Part shown: positions 51,960 through 64,000 of the stretch, in pieces
Layout: every line of letters starts with the position of its first letter
How positions within the stretch are numbered: position 1 is the stretch's first letter
Assembly (NCBI GenBank): GCA_951406725.2
Contig: OX597826.1
Span: forward strand, 66,030,001-66,094,000
Length of the DNA stretch: 64,000 nucleotides
Origin: Octopus vulgaris
Taxonomy: Eukaryota
Direction: 5' to 3'
Position numbers and translations under genes: made by a program
The notes under the pieces: model-generated
What the model was told of the DNA's origin: nothing
The model's input: only the letters and a program-made list of their open reading frames with translations
Database searches by the model: none

Positions 51960-54075
51960 TCATAGCTACACTCTCAGAGCATCCACCTCCACTCCTAACT
52001 TGGTCACCTAGATAACTGAAGCTATCTACTTACCTCTAGCCTGCAATTGATTGAGTTTTTTTTCAGTGCATTTTCAGTATCTATTGTACCTTTGCACCTT
52101 CCACATACAAAAGTTAGTTTCCCTGTTAACCTTCCTCTGATATTGCTGCACCTTTTATGTGTCCAAAGTTTAACTTTAGTGCATCTTATGGAGTTTCTAC
52201 TTACAGCTTTTCTACAGATTGAGCAGGGCCATCTACCTGAAGGGATTTGGAATTTGTTTGCCTTCCTACTTATTATGACTTTGCTTTTGCTAGGTTAACT
52301 CTAAAGCCCTTTGCTTCCATACCTATAATCCTTGCTTCCATACCTAGAACTTCTCTAGTTCAGGTAGTGATTCAGCTTATAAGAGCAAGGTCATCAGCAT
52401 AGAGGAGCTCCCAGGAGCAGCCTGCCTTGAATTCCTCCATTATTGCCTGGAGGACTATGATGAACAAGAGGGGGCTGAGCACTGATCCTTGGTGAACCCC
52501 TATTTGTACCCTGAATTCTTCCCTGTACTCATTGTTCACCCTCACCTTACTGGTAGCGTCCCTGTACACGGCTCTCACCAGCCACTCATCTATCCCTAGT
52601 TTCTGCATTGACCACCAGATAAGGGATTGGGGGACTCTGTTAAAACCTTTCTCTAAGTCAACAAAAGTCAAATACAGAGGTTTATCTTAGGCTAAGTATT
52701 TCTTCTGTAGCTACCTTACCAGAAATATAACATCAGTGGTGCTTCTACCTGGCACAAAACCAAACTGCATCTCATCTAGACTAACCATCTCCCTAATTAG
52801 ATGGATTATGACAATCTCTGCAACTTTCATCGCCTGATATAACAATTTGGTACCTCTGTAATTATTTCTATCTAAGGTATGACCTTTACCTTTGGTAGCA
52901 GTTGACTACGGTGCTGCTACACCAGTCATTGGGTATGACTCCTTCATGAATCACCTGATTTACAATACAGATGACTAGACCATAACCCACACTGTCAGAT
53001 ATTTTAAGCATCTCAGTGGTGATTTCTGATGGGCTGGGGGCTTTCTGTTTTCATATCCTTAATTGCTTTATCTACCAGAGTACTGTCAATTTGGGTGGCT
53101 GGTCCCTCAATTGGGTCAACATTTGGCAGACTCTCCTACCATTCATTCTCCATGTTGAGCAGTCTTTCATAATGCATCTCCAAGCCTCTTTGTTTGCAAA
53201 CCCATTAAAAGCAAGTGCACCATCATCCATGTGCACACATTTCTCTCCTATGACATCACAATCTTCTCTTACACACTGTCTTGCAATTTGAAATACTTCA
53301 GTTCTTTGGTCTTCACTGTGCAGAACATAGGTAAACTTCTTTTCTGCTTCTCCCTTGGCTAGATATACATGTCTCCTAGCATCCCTTCTGACTATTTGAT
53401 ACAGTTCCCTGCTGCCCCGACTCTTCCAGGTCTGTTTCTTTCCTCTAATTGCCCTGTGTACAGTAATGTTCCACCACCACATTACCCTAGGTCTGGAAGG
53501 GACTTTGCACCAACCACAGATTTGATCTGTGGCACTCAGCAAGCTATCTCACAGGAATTCCTAGTTGCCCTCTGCCACAAGTTTGTAGCTCTTCTGCTCT
53601 CTCATCAAATTTCTCAATTAGAATGTCCCTAAATCTCGGACCATATGAAGGGTCCATAACCTTCTTTTCCAGATTGGTCTGCTTCTTGGCCTGGAGTTTA
53701 AAGTCACTAATAACTAGTGTCTATGCTGGGGGGGGGGGTACATCCTTCACCAGGGAGGGTCTTTGTATTTAAGAGCAACCATGCATCCCAATGTCTGGTG
53801 AGAATGAAATTAATCTGGCTAGCAGAGTCGTCTGATTGATAGATTATCAGGTGGCTGGCTGGCTTCCTGAAGTCGGTGTTGCAGATCAAAAGGTTATTTG
53901 CATTACAGAATTCCAGTAGCCTTGTTCCCTCTTCGTTTCAGGAACCACTTCCATGGCCCCCATGAACACCATGGAAGATATCAGGCTGTTGTCCAACATG
54001 CCCATTGGAATCCCCAGCCACAAAGATGAGATCATTGTCACTTATCTTTGAGGTAGCCTGCAGAAGAAAGATATC
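51960..54075 (-). pseudogene. Degenerate RTE LINE ORF (APE endonuclease + RT)
   Basis: FVAGDSNGHVG, SQINFILTR, WWWN, FVDLEKGFNRVP, GVHQGSVLSPLLF, LLYADDL; many frameshifts. Confidence 0.88.
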
Positions 54076-54086
54076 ATTAAGATTAT

Positions 54087-54168
<82 letters not shown>

Positions 54169-54587
54169 ACACAGAAAGTATTCTGCCAGTGAAAAATGAA
54201 ATTGAAATTAAAAAAAATTTTTTCGGTATCATAATATTCGTATGTTTAAACGTAGAATCCCCACCAAAAAATCATCCGAATGGAAGTAGATTTGTAAAAA
54301 TAGCTCAAGAAAGTTTTACTTTGGTCTTCTTTCTTTTTGTAAATTGCAATCTCCATATAGGTGAGGGACCAGTTCAGCACATCCGCTTGAACTTTGCTGG
54401 TATTAATTTTTTTACTTTCATTTTGTGATCGCAAACTGAAAATAATCACACACACACACACATACATATACATATATATAATTTTTTTTTTCTCAGAATG
54501 AGATAAAAAACCAAGGCTGTGAAGATTTTAGAACATTTATAAATAGAAGGTCTTACAGCTGTTTCCCGGATATTTTTTTATATCCCT

Positions 54588-54701
<114 letters not shown>

Positions 54702-55350
54702 TCTTTGGTACTCGAAAGTTTTCACACCGTATTGTTGGTACGGCAAAGTGAGGTAACCCTGGATGTCTTCTCCGGGGTGCAGTCCAAACGAGGTTGAATG
54801 AAATACAAGCAGCTATTCAAGAGACGGATCTTCTCTCCAACACTACCGATGTTGGGGGTAAAGATTACGCACACCAACTGTTTTCGGCTTAACAAAAATC
54901 TTAATCCTAATCACCGGGTGTGCGTATTCTTTACTTTCGCCCCGGTGTTCATCAAACATAATTGATGCTGAATCGCAAGGACCTAGACAACCTAGCACTA
55001 TGTATGTGTATAACACACATACACACGTTTGTATATTATGGTTGCAGTGTGCGTATTCTGTATTGAAGAAGTTTAATGTTTTAAAAAATCCATTGGAACA
55101 TCTAAGTAGTCGACCTGCTAGAAATAGCAGGCATCGCGTCTTCAATTTACACCCAAAGTAGCGGGGCTAGTGGAGGATCAGGATCAACACTTCTGGGTCT
55201 GTTGTATAACTGTTGTATAAGCTTAACGGGGTGGTCGGTAGCAAATTCAAGTGCTAGCACGCTAGATGTCACTGCACACCCGAACACCTTTTTGAAAAGG
55301 ACACCTAGGGTAACGTAGTCCAAGATATATTGTGTCTCAAAACAAATAAG

Positions 55351-56141
55351 GGATCTTTTCCTTTTGAACGGCAGATGTCAACACAATTTCTAGTTAACTA
55401 AACACTTTTAAACTTCGTATACTGGTAGAATGTGTTTATAAAACATCATTTTTTCTTGGTTTTATTGAGAAAATTCTATATAACATATTCCCACTTTAAA
55501 ATCGAGCATTTTGGCAATTTTAACCAATCGCTCACCTCCATTTGGAGTCAAAACATACCGTGCTGTATGAATATGCCCCTCGTTTAAGAAACAGATTGGG
55601 TTTATTTACATTTGCGAAGAAAAAAAGATACCCTTCCCCCACCCCTAACACTAACCCTAATCTTAAAATAGATTGAAATGCAATAGATCGATACCAGGGC
55701 CATAATTATGGGTGACATTTTCATTTGACACCGCTAAAAAAAATCCCATTTTCCGTAGCAGTGTCGTATGAAATTGTCACCCATAATTATGGCCCTGGTA
55801 TCGATCTATTGCATTTCAATCTATTTTAAGATTAGGGTTAGTGGTGGGGGAAGGGTATCTTTTTTTTCTTCGCAAATGTAAATAAACCCAATCTGTTTCT
55901 TAAACGAGGAGCATATTCATACAGCACGGTGTTTTGACTCCAAATGGACGTATTTGATTGGTTAAAATTGCCAAAATGCTCGATGGAAATATGTGGAAAT
56001 ATGTTACAAACTATAGAATTTTCTCAATAAAACCAGGAAAAAATGATGTTTTATAAACACATTCTACCAGTATACGAAGTTTAAAAGTGTTTAGTTAACT
56101 AGAAATTGTGTTGACATCTGCCGTTCAAAAGGAAAAGATCC
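55351..56141. mobile_element. Palindromic dimer of the Merlin-like MITE
   Basis: Two ~385-bp inverted arms; TIR ggatcttttccttttgaacggcag; single 8-bp TSD caaataag. Confidence 0.88.
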
Positions 56142-56949
56142 CAAATAAGATAGTCAATGCTGGAGTACCTTTAACCACAGGTCTATTTGATCAATGCAAA
56201 ATCGGCGCTAACGACGACAACAACAAAAATAACATAAATGAGAGTCGACTGGAGCCATAAGAAATCGCTTCGTCAACGTTTGTGGCTAAAAATGAAATCA
56301 TTGCATTCGATAATAATGATATAGAAGAAAGGGAGAAATCGAAATAAGACAATAAATATATACAATAAAAGGAAATAACCTTGTAGGTAGCATTTTCAAA
56401 ATTTCCGCCAAAACTGTCAACTCTGATATCCATTGGTTACGTTCAAATTAACATACAAATTCCAGTCATTTGTTTGAGAAGTGTATTTAGAAAACAGCCA
56501 TTTTGGATGGACATGAAACATTCAACATATTTTTTCTTTCTTATTATTACAGTTTGTGCGGAAAGTTTATGATTAGCGTTTGTTACGCTGTGGATGCTGT
56601 TTCGCGGCAGTTTCACAGCAGAACAAAAGTCACTGCAATATCATGTCAAAAAGAAAATGGAAGAAAATACCAAAAAAAAAAAAAAAAAAAAAAAAAGACA
56701 TCTTTCAATGGATGTCTAAATATATACGTAAGCTTAAGACATAAACTTGGTATATCATGTATACTATATAAATTCTTGGTTGAAAAGTTATCAATTCTCT
56801 GGCTGCCGATATCAAGGAAGTAGTTCACGAATCAGCGTTTAGAAATACTTATAAAAAGTAAGAAAAAAACCCCATAGATCACCGATGACATTCCGAGTCT
56901 ATGTAATAAGGATGAGACTTGAAGGCATCAAAATAACAGATCGTTAAGA

Positions 56950-57383
56950 AGTTCTATATTTAAGAGATGAGGAATTATGTACATTATTTACATTCGACGG
57001 ATATTTGTCCTCATCTTGTTTGTTAACACAACGTTTCGGCTGATACACCCTCCAGCCTTCTTCAGGAAATTTCGAACCTGGGTTCTCATTCCTAAGGTAT
57101 TTTTCGATGTTATTATTATTATTCAGGTCATTGCCATATGCCCGTGGGTATATGGCGTAGTGGTTAAAGAGCGCGGGTTACTAACCCCAAGATTCCGAGT
57201 TCGATTCCAAGTAGTGACCTGAACAATACTACTACTACTAATAATAATAATAACATCGAAGAATACCTTAGGAATGAGAACCCAGGTTCGAAATTTCCCA
57301 CAGGACACCTTGTGTATATCAGCCGAAACGTTGCGTTAACAAACAAGATGAAGACAAAATATCCGTCGAATGTAAATAATGTA
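56950..57383. mobile_element. Head-to-head palindromic tRNA-headed element carrying hammerhead motifs
   Basis: Centre gccc-gt-gggt at ~57144; A box tggcgtagtgg at 57153-57163, B box gagttcgattc at 57197-57207; arms 56980-57130 and 57215-57383 are inverted. Confidence 0.8.
57025..57066 (-). ncRNA. Minimal hammerhead motif (stem I 5' strand deleted in this arm)
   Basis: Minus strand c-CTGAAGA-aggctg..cagcc-GAAA-cg-TT-gtgtt; the right arm retains gacac-CT at 57304-57310. Confidence 0.55.
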
Positions 57384-57723
57384 AAGCAACTCGGAAATAC
57401 GGCATCGTGAATAAGAAAGTGATTGAAACCAACGAGTAGAAACAAACCAATATGATAATATTCGAAGCTCAGATAAAGAATGGCAACAGATTTGCTGCTT
57501 TTGAGATTCTAACACGGCCAACAAGTGTGAAGTAATTCTTCACAAGCGTCATTGAGGATATACAATAAAAAGCTCTCCCCTCGCAGACGAGATTGTAATT
57601 AACAAAAGACAGACTGAATATTACACAGGACTTTCGAACTATAAGCTTGTAGTGAGTGCGAGACTGTTGTCATTGACGGACAAGGCTTAAATAGTCAGAA
57701 AATGTCTCATACACAGTTTTTCA

Positions 57724-57850
57724 ATGATTGGTCACGTGACCTGGTCATGTGATGGTGTAACACATCGACCAAATCCGTTTGTTGAGATTGGATGCGTTAG
57801 TTGTCCAATCAGATCACTTGACAGTCCAACCAAGCGCGGCAAAATATTGT
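57724..57850. promoter_or_regulatory. Candidate promoter: CCAAT boxes plus E-box/CLEAR motif
   Basis: ATTGG 57727, GTCACGTGAC 57731-57740, GTCATGTGAT 57744, ATTGG 57787, CCAAT 57805, ATCACTTGAC 57813. Confidence 0.4.
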
Positions 57851-58188
57851 TTGTTCTCTGGAGCCCCTAATCATCTTTAAATAGAAGGATCTTTTCTATT
57901 TTCATCACTGAGGTGGGGATCTTCGCGCAGAGAAGAAAGTTATTTTGCATTTAACTTTGACGCGCTACGTCTGTTCCTGTTTGTCATGCACCTCTAAGCA
58001 GAAAGGATATGAAAGACTCCGAGAAGCGATGTTGCCTATTTCTGTTCCCCTCTGTCTAGCACACATCACCAAGTTTCCGACTGATTTGAGAAATAAATAT
58101 GTATACTTTCTTCAGCCAGTATTATTTATGATATACCAACAGTTTGTAGTGTACGCTTGAGGGAAATTCTTCTCCCCCCTCTTTCTCT

Positions 58189-59266
58189 GTTATATATACA
58201 TAAATACAGACGTAGTAGATAACAGCTAGCCTTCGGCCGCTTTTTTGGACCCTGTTGTGCCCCACTACTCTGATTGGTTGGTACTGGCGCAATTTGTCTC
58301 TTGCTCTATTGCGCACCAATATGCAACCCAACTAATCGCAGCCTTCTGATTAGGTCACGTCAGACAGTCTCTTCTAAACTTCCGGTGAGCCGACTGCACA
58401 CTATAAAACTCTAGCTTCACATCTAGTCGAGGTCTTTCGGTTCCAGATATTTTAAGGTCTAGCCACTGACTACACAGGACACAGCCAGTTCCAGCGACAA
58501 CACAACAGCAGCCACATGGAGACTCATCAACTTCGTCCAGCAGCATTCAGGACCTCCATCTCTGTCACCACCACTCGTCCTAACATCAACATCATCTCTC
58601 TACGTAAACAGCAACAAGCAACGCTTGCACAGGTTCTAACACAACACTGTTCGTGAATTACTTCACCTTATTTAACAGCAAATACAACCTGCGGCAACCT
58701 CCTGTAACAAGTGACCGGCAGTAGCATCGTAGTCACGACTTCACGTACGACATGTACCTCAACAGGTACTGCATTACTGCCACAACTTTTTGATACAGCA
58801 TTTCAACTATCGTGTACCTTGATTACGAACTGGTATTTATCCTCCTTGTCTGAACATTCTTCTAACGTCGTATTATAGACGCTTTCAATGCTCTGTACTT
58901 ATCGCACATGCATACATCCATGTTTGTACACACACACTTTTTTCTCATGATGGCCTGTCTGTTATTATGCATATATGACACACACACATGTTAACATATA
59001 AATAAAATCTTCTCTTAAACATTCTACCCGGTTGTGTCTCTCTTTTCCTTCTGGCACATATATGCATTTATTCCTTTCATATTTATTGTACCGACTGTGT
59101 GATGTGCAAAGGACCCATTCTCGTCACCTCACTTCGCACGGTCGTTTACAAGTTGCTGTACCAATTTATTTAGCGGTTGAATAAAACCTAGCAGTTAATT
59201 CTCAGATCTCTTGATCTTGCCCTGATTTTGTTTCTAAAGGCCCTAGGCTCCTATCTAGTGACTCAT
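58189..59266 (+). mobile_element. Possible solo LTR-like element
   Basis: Starts TGTT; has ATTGG boxes, TATAAAA at ~58403 and AATAAA at ~59003 and ~59180; no TSD found and the right end is uncertain. Confidence 0.3.
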
Positions 59267-60610
59267 CGCACGGTTGGTATAGTTATGGGGCTTACTAATG
59301 TCGCTGTTGGGTAATCGGTGTCTGATAAAGTATACAGCGTATATTGCAACAAAAGCAATACCACAAACATTAACCGAAAGTATGCAGCGTATATTGTAAC
59401 AAAAGCAATACCGCAAACATTAACCGATTTTAAGAGACGGCTAAGCATGTATACATACATAAATTATCAAATCCTTAAGGTAACGAGACTAGGATGTCGG
59501 GAGTGACTTAACTGTATTTGTTCGGCCATTTGTTATCTGGAAAGAGAGAGACAAAAAGATTCGAGTCCACGAAACTTGTTAAAGTCTTTTTCATTATTTT
59601 TTTCTTGGTTTGCCTGGTGAGAACCGAGATCTATCCTGCTTGAAACACCAACGGCACTCTACCGTGATTTAGGCGCCATCTGCTTAAATAGTGAAACAAG
59701 GCGCGGATCTCAAGAGCATATGAGTTGATGTTCACGACATGGCTTCAAGCTGATGGGTTGATTTTTAGATTGTTCACCTGAAAACGGTGTGGTTCATTCA
59801 TGACACCGAACTGGTACTTTCGCATTTGGTGTGCAAATCCCAACACTCTTTCAAACTTTTCAAGACATCCAAGTAAAACTGTGTATTGATTAATCGTATG
59901 ACAACGTGGAATAAATGCATGACGAACGAAGGCCTTCCAATAAAAACATATATATATATCAGTATCATCTTCACATTTGAGTGACTCGGGCAGCTTAAGG
60001 GGCGTTTTTAGGACTTTCTCACTATAACGATGATCCAACACACTACCACTCACTAGCATAGCTGGGGAGGGGCGGTCGGCCCCGGGCGACACTTTTCATC
60101 TTGTTGTAGGCTATTGCTGTAGGGATTCTAGGTTAAAAAGTCACAGGGGTTTTGTCCGGGGGTGGGGTTTGTCCGAGGGAGTTTTGTCCTGGGGTGGGGG
60201 TTGTCCGGATCCCATAAATTAATTGTGACTTTTTTTCCTGTGACTTTATTACCAGTCACCGCTGTAGGCAATATGAGTTTTTTGTGGGGTCCGGGCGCAG
60301 CGAACGGAAGTACCGCTCTCAGCGGCACACGCTGTAACTACGCGAGCGTTACCACTTCTGCCCTTTTTGTGCTCCGACATCAAGAAGATTACAGTTCAGT
60401 AAAAAAAATTCGGTGCCGGCGTATTATCTGATCAACATACATATTTCTGGTATAGCTTGAGATCTACATTAGTTCAAATGGTATAGTTTGTGGTCGACAC
60501 CGACTCTTTGATCTACATTTAAAATTCATCTATTTACTCGACTTCCGGTTGGTTTGGTATATAAACCAAAAAGAACTTCTATGATTTAAACAGTTTTAGT
60601 CCTGAGCCCA

Positions 60611-60800
60611 TTGAAAGAAGACTTTTACACACAGGTTATTCGAGACGAAGAAGCTGTAATAGAATTTCTCAGACGCTATGAACTCCTTGATGAACATGGA
60701 GATATTGATCCATGCAGCAAATGTGAAGGAGAAATGGCGGAAAAAACGAAGAAAAATAAGAGGTGAAGCCCGTCTTGTTTTTCGCTGCACAAAGAGTCTA
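60611..60800 (+). pseudogene. Merlin/ISXO2-like transposase N-terminal relic
   Basis: LKEDFYTQVIRDEEAVIEFLRRYELLDEHGDIDPCSKCEGEM, then after a frameshift RGEARLVFRCTK (zinc-ribbon pattern, recognised by eye). Confidence 0.5.
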
Positions 60801-61048
60801 GATTTAAGTTGCTGTAGATTACAATGGCGTGTAGATCACATAATACACCGGCACCAGAAATTCTATACACTCAATGCGTTATAAATGTTGAGTGTAGACT
60901 TTTTTTTAAATTCAAAATGTTGATTTTTATAGCATGCAAAAAATTTTCTGACCTCTGACGAGATATGAAAAAGACATTAAAATAGTTTACGTACCCTATA
61001 AATTAAAACATTACCAATAAAAGTACGTATGCGCTCTCACACACGCAC

Positions 61049-61103
<55 letters not shown>

Positions 61104-61334
61104 TAACACATAGACTAAGTACATAGTGTGTATATATGCATACGTGGATGTGTGGATGTATATACTGTTCATAGTATATTGTGGTACATGAAAAAAGAAA
61201 CGTGTCAGTATTCAATAAGTATTCAGTTGTAAGATTATATACACATAGATGTATGTGTGTGTATAGATAGATGTACACATACATACACATGTATGTATAT
61301 ACACACACACACAATCACACATACACACACACAC

Positions 61335-61380
<46 letters not shown>

Positions 61381-61823
61381 TGTGCGTTACTCTAATATGG
61401 CTTAAATTTATTGGGTGCTTTATTTAGATTATTTATTCAAACGAACAAATCTACCCATGTAAATATAAATATGTATGTATATATATATATATATACGCGT
61501 ACGCATATATGTCTGTATGTACATCAATATTTACATAAATTTTGTATAGGCAGATATACGTGCGTGAACATATATGTATGCCTTTGTATACATTCGAGTT
61601 ATGAAACAGTCTAAAGAACTTTCTATCAAAGGCGGATTGTCTCTAAAGTTGACATTTTTAGCACTGACATCAGGAAAGGAACCACTGCTTCTAAATGCAC
61701 TAAGTGATTTAGTAATCGTGTATGTATACTATATTTGTGTGTGTTCTACTTCAAGATTTCAAGAGAAGTTTTTTATACACACAGAAACAGCATTTTGCAC
61801 TAAATAAATTAAATAAACAAACA

Positions 61824-61978
61824 GTAGTGGCTGAGTGGTAAGAAGCTTGCTTCCCAACCACATGGTTCTGGTTTCAGTCCCAAAGCCTTGTGAGTGGATT
61901 TGGTAGATGGAAACTGAAAGAAGCCTGTCGTATGTGTGTGTATGTATGTATGTATGTATGTATGTATGTATGTATGTA

Positions 61979-62011
<33 letters not shown>

Positions 62012-62232
62012 ATGTATTTGTGTGTCTGTGTTTGTCGCCCCACCATCGCTTGGCAACCGATGTTGGTGTGTTTACGTCCCCGTAACTTAGCAGTTCAGCA
62101 AAAGACACCAATAGAAAGAATATAGTACTAGGCTTACAAAGAATAAATCCTGGGGTCGATTTGTTCCACTAAAGGCGATGCTCCAGCATGGCCGCAGTCA
62201 GATGACTGCAACAACTAAGAGAGTAAAAGAGA
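61824..62232 (+). mobile_element. Family A SINE with an internal deletion after the B box
   Basis: gtttcagtccc is joined directly to aaagccttgtgag. Confidence 0.85.
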
Positions 62233-62683
62233 TAAAATAAATAAAATAATCTTTTTTTAATAAGCCTGTCCAAGACCAGAATGCATTCATTCATTCATTC
62301 CTTTATTTACTTATCTTCGTAGATCTCACGTGTATGTAGGCCATGCTGAATAAAATATCCACTGACTGTTCTGCACATATGTATATACATGCAACTGCGG
62401 GTATGTGTGTGTGTGTGCGTGCTCATGTTTCTGTGAGATTTATTTTAAGTTGTTGATTTTGTCTTTTTTTTTTTTTTTTTTTGGCAGAATTCAAACCGGT
62501 CACTAAAGTAGCAAGACTCCTTTGCTTCAATCGAGACAGCTCTTTTGTTTATGGTTACCTGAATTGGCTTTTCTATGGATAATATATGTACCTGTGGATA
62601 AACTTGCATTCGTGGGCGTGCATGTCACAGTAAACGCGGGTATGCATGTTTCATTACTGTTTAGGTGTATGTGTATGTGTCTA

Positions 62684-63206
62684 CCGTAAATCTTCGAGTA
62701 TAGTCCGCCCTTGAGTATAATACGCAGGGGATTTTTAGGGGGCTGTATTTCTGAAAAACCTACACCTTGTGTATAATACGCACCCCTTCTCTAACTTGAG
62801 TCGTACGTAATTAAGCCAGCAGCACCCAGTCGAACAAACACTTCCGCGCATTCGTAATACAATAATGGTGATGTTCTTAACTGTTATATGGGAATGTAAA
62901 TATGTTTGCAAATTGTTTTTGTTACATGTTATTCTGTGTTCTGAATACTTTTATTTTAATAAATGTTGCTTGCTGCAAGTTATGGCTGATTCTTTTATGA
63001 ATTAATTGCTTTCAAGCTTAGCTTAAGGTATTTTCGCGCCCGACATCACAAAATGTGTCTGAATAAACATTGCCGGACAGCAAATAGAGACTCGGACATT
63101 GCTTAGAAAATATTTTTCATTTTTAACCTCGTATATAGTACACACTAGGGATTTTGACCTTTAAATTTTAGGAAAAAAGTGCTGATTATACGCGAGAATT
63201 TACGGC
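62684..63206. mobile_element. pogo-like MITE
   Basis: TA|ccgtaaatcttcgagtata ... tatacgcgagaatttacgg. Confidence 0.75.
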
Positions 63207-63224
63207 ACTCTAATTCTATGATTG

Positions 63225-64000
63225 TTAGCACCCAGGAGCCCCAAATGGAGAAGCTCTGAAATGTTTTACAATTTTCCCCGTCCTTCTGATAAATTTGTAT
63301 CTGGAGAGTGCGAATCCGTCTGCTCCTTTGGTTTTTGGAGAACCAAGCATTTCTAGGTTTCTATGTAGATCCGTTGTTACGTATCCCAGTATACCTATGA
63401 TAATAGGAACAAATGTGGAGGCGCGTGGCTTAGTGGTTACGGTGTCAGCATCATGATCGTAAGATTGTGGTTTCGATTTCTGGACCGGGCGACGCGTTGT
63501 GTTCTTGAGCAAAACACTTCATTTCACGTTGCTCCAGTCCACTCAGCTGGCAAAAATGAGTAACGCTGCGCTGGACTGGCGTCCCGTCCAGCTAGGGAAC
63601 ACATACGCCATAGATATCGGGAAACCGAGCCCATGAGCCTGGCTAGGCTTTAAAAAGGGCGCATTTATTTTATTTTAATAAGAACAAATGAAAATATATA
63701 GTCCGGTTATAAGAGCTATACGCTTCACATCAGCTCTCCATAGACGTAGTTTTTTTCTCCAATTTTTGAAAAGACTAACATCCGCTGAGTAACTCGTCTC
63801 TACAACGATGTATGACTTCTGCTCCCTGTCCATCACAACCATATTTGGCCTGTTGTGCTTACACAATGCTGCTCTTTTTATTTGAATGTTCCGCTAGTAT
63901 TCTTTAGTTTTAAGATGTGGATTTTTGGTTCTGATGTGCCTTTAGTTTGGGCCGTCAGGACACTCGTTCTTGCGTATAGCATTGTAAACCATCTTAGAGA
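63225..64000 (-). pseudogene. Restriction-like-endonuclease LINE (R4/Dong/NeSL-type) C-terminal relic, split by a SINE
   Basis: KHNRPNMVVMDREQK..VVETS..AD ... FVPIIIGILGYV...LEMLG. Confidence 0.7.
63417..63675 (+). mobile_element. tRNA-derived SINE with a V-like domain and 15-bp TSD
   Basis: A box tggcttagtgg, B box gtttcgatttc, ctgcgctggactggcgtcccgtccag; TSD taata(g/a)gaacaaatg. Confidence 0.85.

Noticed and set aside
57146-57220. Functional tRNA-Ser(ACT) gene
   Set aside because: Poor acceptor and T stems, no long variable arm, an anticodon not normally used in eukaryotes, and it is embedded in a mobile element
59327-59428. ~50-bp direct tandem duplication
   Set aside because: An ordinary local duplication with no further structure
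63417-63495. tRNA gene
   Set aside because: It is a SINE head followed by a SINE body and flanked by a TSD

Overview
Repeat-dominated eukaryotic DNA, most likely an octopus-type cephalopod genome (inferred from the SINE, RTE-tail and microsatellite repertoire; not database-confirmed). No intact host protein-coding gene is visible, and nearly all listed ORFs are microsatellite or repeat artefacts. Transposon content: two L1/Tx1 LINEs embedded in microsatellites; RTE, CR1-like and restriction-like-endonuclease LINE fragments; a Penelope-like element (PLE) with a GIY-YIG ORF; mariner and maT-like relics; Merlin-, pogo-, Tc1-, piggyBac- and Helentron-type non-autonomous elements; and at least three tRNA-SINE families. 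The most striking signal is a set of minimal type-I hammerhead ribozyme (HHR) motifs from several families, mostly in fold-back insertions within (TA)n, including a palindromic tRNA-headed HHR element at about 57 kb. Also notable: a SINE sharing its 3' tail with the Tx1 LINE, a palindromic Merlin-type dimer with a single TSD, a candidate minus-strand non-coding exon (about 12.1-12.3 kb) and a CCAAT/E-box promoter candidate (about 57.75 kb). All alignments were done by eye.
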